64,000 nucleotides of DNA, from NCBI GenBank assembly GCA_000092065.1, contig CP000583.1. One strand, 5' to 3'. Under the pieces are notes generated by a model. The model did no database searches, had not been told where the DNA came from, and saw only the letters and a list, made by a program, of their open reading frames with translations. The position numbers and the translations under genes are program-made. Source of the stretch: Ostreococcus lucimarinus (Eukaryota). Positions 59,940 to 64,000 of the stretch are shown here, piece by piece (the stretch's first letter is position 1; every line of letters starts with the position of its first letter).

Positions 59940-60157
59940 GTTTCTACCCGTCAACCCGTGTACGTCGCAAAGCGACCGTTCGAATCCAGCGAGCCTCTCC
60001 GTAAGGTATAGCACACGCATGTTCACCCAGAGACACCCAGTGGCAAAATGGAATTGTTGAAGAGAATGTCAATGGATTGCGAGAGAATGCTACAAGAGTG
60101 CCGCGGCGTTGGCGCAACCCGAGAAGAGGAATCGTCGTCGAGCGTGGTGGTGATGTG

Positions 60158-60265
60158 CTTAAATAAGATATCAATCGCGCTCGAAAGCTTAAATAAGATA
60201 TCAATCGCGCTCGAAAGCTTAAATAAGATATCAATCGCGCTCGAAAGCTTAAATAAGACATCGTG
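60158..60265 (+). repeat. 30-bp tandem repeat cttaaataagatatcaatcgcgctcgaaag, 3.6 copies
   Basis: Perfect copies at 60158, 60188 and 60218, plus a partial fourth copy. The repeat sits inside an AT-richer island. In the 60048..60269 ORF frame it encodes (LNKISIALES)n. Confidence 0.9.
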
Positions 60266-60907
60266 GTAGATACATCAGTGCTACTAAATACATATACCCG
60301 AGTGTCCGATAAACAGGACGCGCGCGCGGAGGAGATGCGACGGATGGTGGAGATTGAGGCGTCGGCGTCGGCGTCGGCGTCGCGGCGCGTGTCTCGCGAC
60401 GACGCGAAGGATTCGTATCCGGTAGTGGTCGTCGCGAGGGAGAGACCGCGCGATACACGACGAGTGGAGGAGCTAGAAACTGAACTTAAAAAGTTACAGG
60501 CGAAGAGCGAGCGGCAGACGAAGAAGATCAACGCGCTCAAGGAGGAGCTCGCGACGGAACGAAGGGCGCGCTCCAACGAGTTGCAGACGGTGCGCGCAAA
60601 ACACGAGCGCGAAATGCGCGATCTGGTCGCGTCGGTGAGCGGGGTGCAGAAATCAAATGTTCAACGGCGACGTCGGGTGAGTTCGAACGAGTATCCGCCG
60701 CCGCCTTCGAGGATAGTATCGGGCGCGGACGAGTTTGATGCGTTCATCGCATCGTTTCACGCTTTACCTTCGTCTCGCCTTCGCCCTCGCCTTCGCGTCT
60801 CGCCCTCGCCCTCGCGCGTCCGATCGGACAATCGGACCGTCGGATCGACGTCGATCCGTCCGAGATTTCCGAGACGCCCCGAGACGGCGATCGAGGATTC
60901 ATCGTGA
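60263..60907 (+). CDS. Possible coiled-coil protein (N-terminal ~130 aa plausible; remainder may be non-coding or another frame)
   Basis: EELETELKKLQAKSERQTKKINALKEELATERRARSNELQTVRAKHEREMRDL looks like coiled-coil. The start is non-ATG. It may be spliced to the upstream 60048..60269 ORF. Confidence 0.25.
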   Translation: MVDTSVLLNTYTRVSDKQDARAEEMRRMVEIEASASASASRRVSRDDAKDSYPVVVVARERPRDTRRVEELETELKKLQAKSERQTKKINALKEELATERRARSNELQTVRAKHEREMRDLVASVSGVQKSNVQRRRRVSSNEYPPPPSRIVSGADEFDAFIASFHALPSSRLRPRLRVSPSPSRVRSDNRTVGSTSIRPRFPRRPETAIEDSS

Positions 60908-60967
60908 TCGTCATCTCGCGACGCCGCGCGATCGCGATCGCGACGCGCGCCGCGCCCGGACGCCGAC

Positions 60968-61967
60968 GATGAAACCGTCCGACGGCGTCGACGTCGCGCG
61001 CCGCGCGTCGTCGACGTCGCCGCCGCGCACGCCCGAGCGCGACGCGACGATCGCGCGGCGACCGCGGCGCGACGATGCGACGGTGCCGACGACGACGACG
61101 ACGGACGCGACGGCGCGAGCGCGCGCGGACGCGAGCGAGTGGTTGGAATTCGACGGCGCGCGCGACGACGGGCCGCTGGAGGGGTTTCCGTACGAACTCG
61201 GGGCGCTGGACTCGGGGCGCGGACGAATCGCGTCACGCGCGTCGACGCGCGCGATGGCGCTCGAGGGCGCGTCGGGGACGAGCGACGGCGCGGTGAAGTC
61301 GAACGCCGGTGATTTCGCGACCGACGACGGCGCGACGGAATGGGACGCGATGTGGTCGCGCGGCATCGAGCGCGGGCAGGCGTTCGATTGCAGTCGAACC
61401 GAACCCGCGTTTGAGCGGTTTTTGAGCGCGCGCGCGGCGACGGGACGGGGCGCGAGCGCGCTCGTGCCGGGCTGCGGGCGCGGGTACGCGCTCGCGTCGC
61501 TCGCGCGCGCGGGATACGAGGTTTGCGTTGGTCTGGAGATCTCGAACACGGCGCGCGCGAGCGCGTTGGAACACCTGAAGACGGAGGACGTGCCGTCGAC
61601 GGCGGTGGTGGAGGTGATGGTGGAGGATTTCTTCGCGTTCGCGCCCGAGGAAAAATTTGATTTGTGCTACGACTGCACGTTTTTGTGCGCCATCGATCCG
61701 CGGCGACGCGAGGAATGGGCGCGCGTGTACGCCAATTGCGTGAAACCTGGCGGTATTTTGGTGTCCGTGGTGTTTCCGTGTGGGGATTTCGAGGGTGGTC
61801 CGCCGTACGCTTTGACGCCGGAAATCGTGCGCGACTTGCTCGCGCCCGTCGGTTTCGAAGAAGTGTCGCTGGAAGAAACGCCCGCGGAGCTCTACGCGCG
61901 AGGACGCTTGGAATATTTACACGTTTTTAAGCGAAGTGCGTTAAGCGAAGTGCGTAGCGTAGCGTAG
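60968..61967 (+). CDS. Thiopurine/halide (HOL-like) S-adenosylmethionine-dependent methyltransferase, TPMT family
   Basis: LVPGCGRGYALASLARAGYEVCVGLEIS...FDLCYDCTFLCAIDPRRREEWARVYANCVKPGGILVSVVFP...GGPPYALTPEIV is collinear with plant HOL/TPMT. Long Asp/Thr/Ala-rich N-terminal extension from ATG 60968. Confidence 0.75.
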
Positions 61968-62080
61968 TCGCTGAACCTAGGCTCTGTAAAAGTAATTGAC
62001 CCTGAAGCCGATGCCGACGCGTCGCCGAGACGAGAACGAGACCACGAGAAAACCTCGTTACTTCACGACGCTTCTTCAGC

Positions 62081-63059
62081 ATGTTCTCATCGCGCGCTCT
62101 ACGCATCATCGGATTACTTCTTTTCGCCATCGCCGTCGCGCCCGTCGACGCCGTGGTTTACTACGGTGCGTTTCGTCTCGACCGTCGCGCCGCGCGAGAT
62201 ACTAACAGACAGTTTTCTTCGGGTGCCCACAGGTGGCTACACGTACGGCGAAGACGGCTTTCAAACGTACGGCGGGGCCGCCGTCGTGCGTCCCGGCATT
62301 CGTCCACGTCGTTACCGCTACGGACGCAAGCTTTTACAACAAGACAAGAAGTGCAAGACGATGCTCGACGTCGTCGAAAGCCTCCCGCAACTGAGCTCGC
62401 TCAAAGAAGCCATCAAAGATTTACCGAAAATCCGCGACGCCCTGAACAACTCGACTGCCCAGGACACGTTTTTCGCACCATCGAACGAGGCCATCGCATC
62501 GTTGACGCTATGGGGCGGGTTCGATGATTTCAAACGCGGGCTCGAGGGCATGTTTTCGTCCGACGAGATCAAAGCTCTGGTCGTCGCGTATCACGCGATT
62601 CCGGATCAAAAGTTGAATTGGGGTCAACTTCGCGCCAAGGCGGCAAAGGGTGAGTTCTTACCCACCGCTCTTTCGAAGATTTTCCCTGATTCCAGCGCCG
62701 CGCTGGAGGTGAGCTGGTGGAAAGGGGACATCTTTCTCAAGGGCGTCGGCTCCGAGGCTAAAATCTCCGCCGCCGACATCCCCGCGTGCGGATCCATCGT
62801 GCACGTGATCGACGGCGTCTTGCTCCCTCTCGATGGCGACGGTGAACTCTCTGACGAACAAAAAGCCCGCATCGAAGCCGCGCGAATAGCTTTGGGCGGC
62901 AAAGATGAAGAACCGGGCGACGCGCCCGCGCCCGCGCCCGACGCAGCGCCCGCGCCCGCGCCCGCGGAAGTCTTTCCAGACGACATCGAAGAGCTCGACG
63001 TGGACTACCCCATGGAAGACCAGTACGGTGAGGCACCCGCGCCCGCACCCGCGCCCTAG
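62081..63059 (+). CDS. Fasciclin (FAS1) domain protein with signal peptide and Pro/Ala-rich C-terminus (FLA-like), 2 exons
   Basis: Exon 1 is 62081..62165 (MFSSRALRIIGLLLFAIAVAPVDAVVYY). Intron is 62166..62232 (GTGCGT...ACTAAC...CACAG). Exon 2 is 62233..63059 (GGYTYGEDG...DTFFAPSNEAIASL...GSIVHVIDGVLLP...APAPAPDAAPAPAP). Confidence 0.75.
62166..62232 (+). other. FLA-like gene intron (67 nt)
   Basis: GTGCGT...GATACTAACAG...CCCACAG. The phase-1 junction joins the signal peptide to the FAS1 domain. Confidence 0.8.
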
Positions 63060-63067
63060 GGACCGAC

Positions 63068-63098
63068 TCAAGACTCAAGACTCAAGACTCAAGACTCG
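63068..63098. repeat. (CAAGACT)n heptamer microsatellite in the 3' region of the FLA-like gene
   Basis: caagactcaagactcaagactcaagactcgagacg. Confidence 0.85.
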
Positions 63099-63198
63099 AG
63101 ACGATTTTACGACGACTTTTACCGCGAGCGCGCGACGACGCCGCTCTCTGAATGACACAAACTCTACCGTTTACCCAATCACAAACTAAAAGACTACG

Positions 63199-63314
63199 TC
63201 ACGGCGAACCCGGCGGCGGCGGCGGCACGTCCACGGCGCCCATCGGCGCGAATCCGATCCCCGACGGCGGCGGCGGCACGTCCACGGCGCCCATCGGCGC
63301 GAATCCGATCCCCG

Positions 63315-63348
<34 letters not shown>

Positions 63349-63966
63349 TCGCCCCGCGCCCCACTCCGTCGGCGGCTCCCCCGGCGGCGGCGGCGGCGGC
63401 GCTTCCTCCTCCTCCGTCTCCCCCCTCCCTCCCGGCGGTTTCGGCGGCACGTCTTCCACCGTCCACGGCTCCACCGCGAACTCGATCTCGTCCCCGCCCC
63501 TCGCGCCCTCCGGCGCCGTCACCGTCACCACCGGCCCGTTTGGAAAAATCTGCGCCCGCGTCTCCCCCCCCGCCCACGCCGTCGGCAGCCGCACCCGCGC
63601 GAACCGCCGTCCATCGTGTTTTTCAAGATCCAAATCGCACGGATCTCCCATCGGCGCCGCCGGGATCCCCGTGATCGTCGCCCGTCCCGCGCGCGCCGCG
63701 CGCGTCCCGCTCGCCGTCCCGCGCGCGCTCCCCCGCGCGCTCGTCAGCCGCAGCGCCGTCGCGCGCAGCGCCGGCGCGCCTCGCGCGCGTCCCGTCGTCG
63801 CCGTCGCCGTCGCCGTCGTCGTCTCGCGCGCGCGCGTCCCATCGCGCGCGTCCTCGTCGCGCGTCTTCGTCGTCGCGCGCGCCGTCTTCGTCGATCGCCG
63901 CGCTGACGCGTCGCGCGTCAGCGCGTCGAAGTACGCCTCGCGCTTCCGTCGCAGGTCGTCCGACAT
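63199..63966 (-). CDS. Proline-rich hypothetical protein with duplicated SGIGFAPMGAVDVPPPP motif
   Basis: ATG 63966. A non-repetitive N-terminal region is followed by polyproline and a 51-bp direct duplication. Confidence 0.3.
63211..63316. repeat. 51-bp direct tandem duplication within the Pro-rich CDS
   Basis: cggcggcggcggcacgtccacggcgcccatcggcgcgaatccgatccccga occurs twice back to back. Confidence 0.85.
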
Positions 63967-64000
63967 CGCGCGCGCGCTCGGCGACGGCGCGCGCGTCGCG

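Noticed and set aside
59960-59985. tRNA-like T-arm motif GTTCGAATCC
   Set aside because: Flanking bases cannot form a T-stem or acceptor stem, and there is no anticodon arm. It lies in the 3' end or UTR of the MTase-like gene.
60048-60269. ORF 60048..60269 as an independent protein-coding gene
   Set aside because: It is short, ends inside the 30-bp minisatellite, and is frame-shifted relative to the downstream ORF. I kept it only as context for the repeat finding.
1-64000. Prokaryotic interpretation (operons, defence islands, CRISPR)
   Set aside because: Genes have spliceosomal introns and eukaryotic identities: proteasome Rpt6, SmD1, SnRK2 and RPS20. There are no Shine-Dalgarno-linked co-directional clusters and no direct-repeat or spacer arrays.

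Overview
This window is a gene-dense stretch of GC-rich (~65% GC by eye) eukaryotic nuclear DNA. About 38 protein-coding genes lie on both strands, roughly one per 1.6 kb. Several carry short spliceosomal introns of 67-250 nt with GTGCGC/GTGAGC/GTACGC donors, an ACTGAC or ACTAAC branch motif, and CAG or ACAG acceptors. Plant-lineage genes point to a compact green-algal genome, Mamiellophyceae or Micromonas-like; the species assignment is inference only. These genes are an SnRK2 kinase, a fused OPRT-ODC UMP synthase, a fasciclin-like arabinogalactan protein, a PHT4/SLC17 transporter, a HOL/TPMT methyltransferase and a SAL1 nucleotidase. TGTAA polyadenylation-like signals also appear in 3' regions. 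Head-to-head gene pairs share CpG-dense, T-poor 5' intergenic tracts. In GC-rich stretches across the window, whether intergenic or coding, T-poor composition generates long spurious Arg/Ala-rich ORFs on both strands, which I discount. Tail-to-tail pairs are separated by only 50-300 bp of AT-richer sequence. Recognisable genes include peptidase U32, SHMT, a GULO-like oxidase, a BEACH-WD40 protein, small Tim, RPS20, PDH E2, RPAC2, a large SET/PHD/PWWP/HMG/SAND chromatin protein, a GATA factor, a TBC RabGAP, an ATP-synthase-alpha-like paralog with a degenerate P-loop, REX4, Rpt6 (3 exons), UMPS (2 exons), an organellar-type rps10, SmD1 (3' exon only), an OTU-domain giant protein, a divergent DNMT-like protein and a HOL-like methyltransferase. 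I found no prokaryotic operon, CRISPR array or rRNA/tRNA gene. The most unusual locus is 52.2-59.9 kb. It holds an OTU giant protein whose C-terminus contains three ~99% identical 399-bp tandem repeats, a 1.7-kb CpG low-complexity tract, and a divergent cytosine-MTase-like gene. Other notable items are a recurring hairpin-plus-palindrome promoter element, CGATCG palindromes enriched in 5' intergenic tracts, and SAND domains fused to a trithorax-like SET protein.
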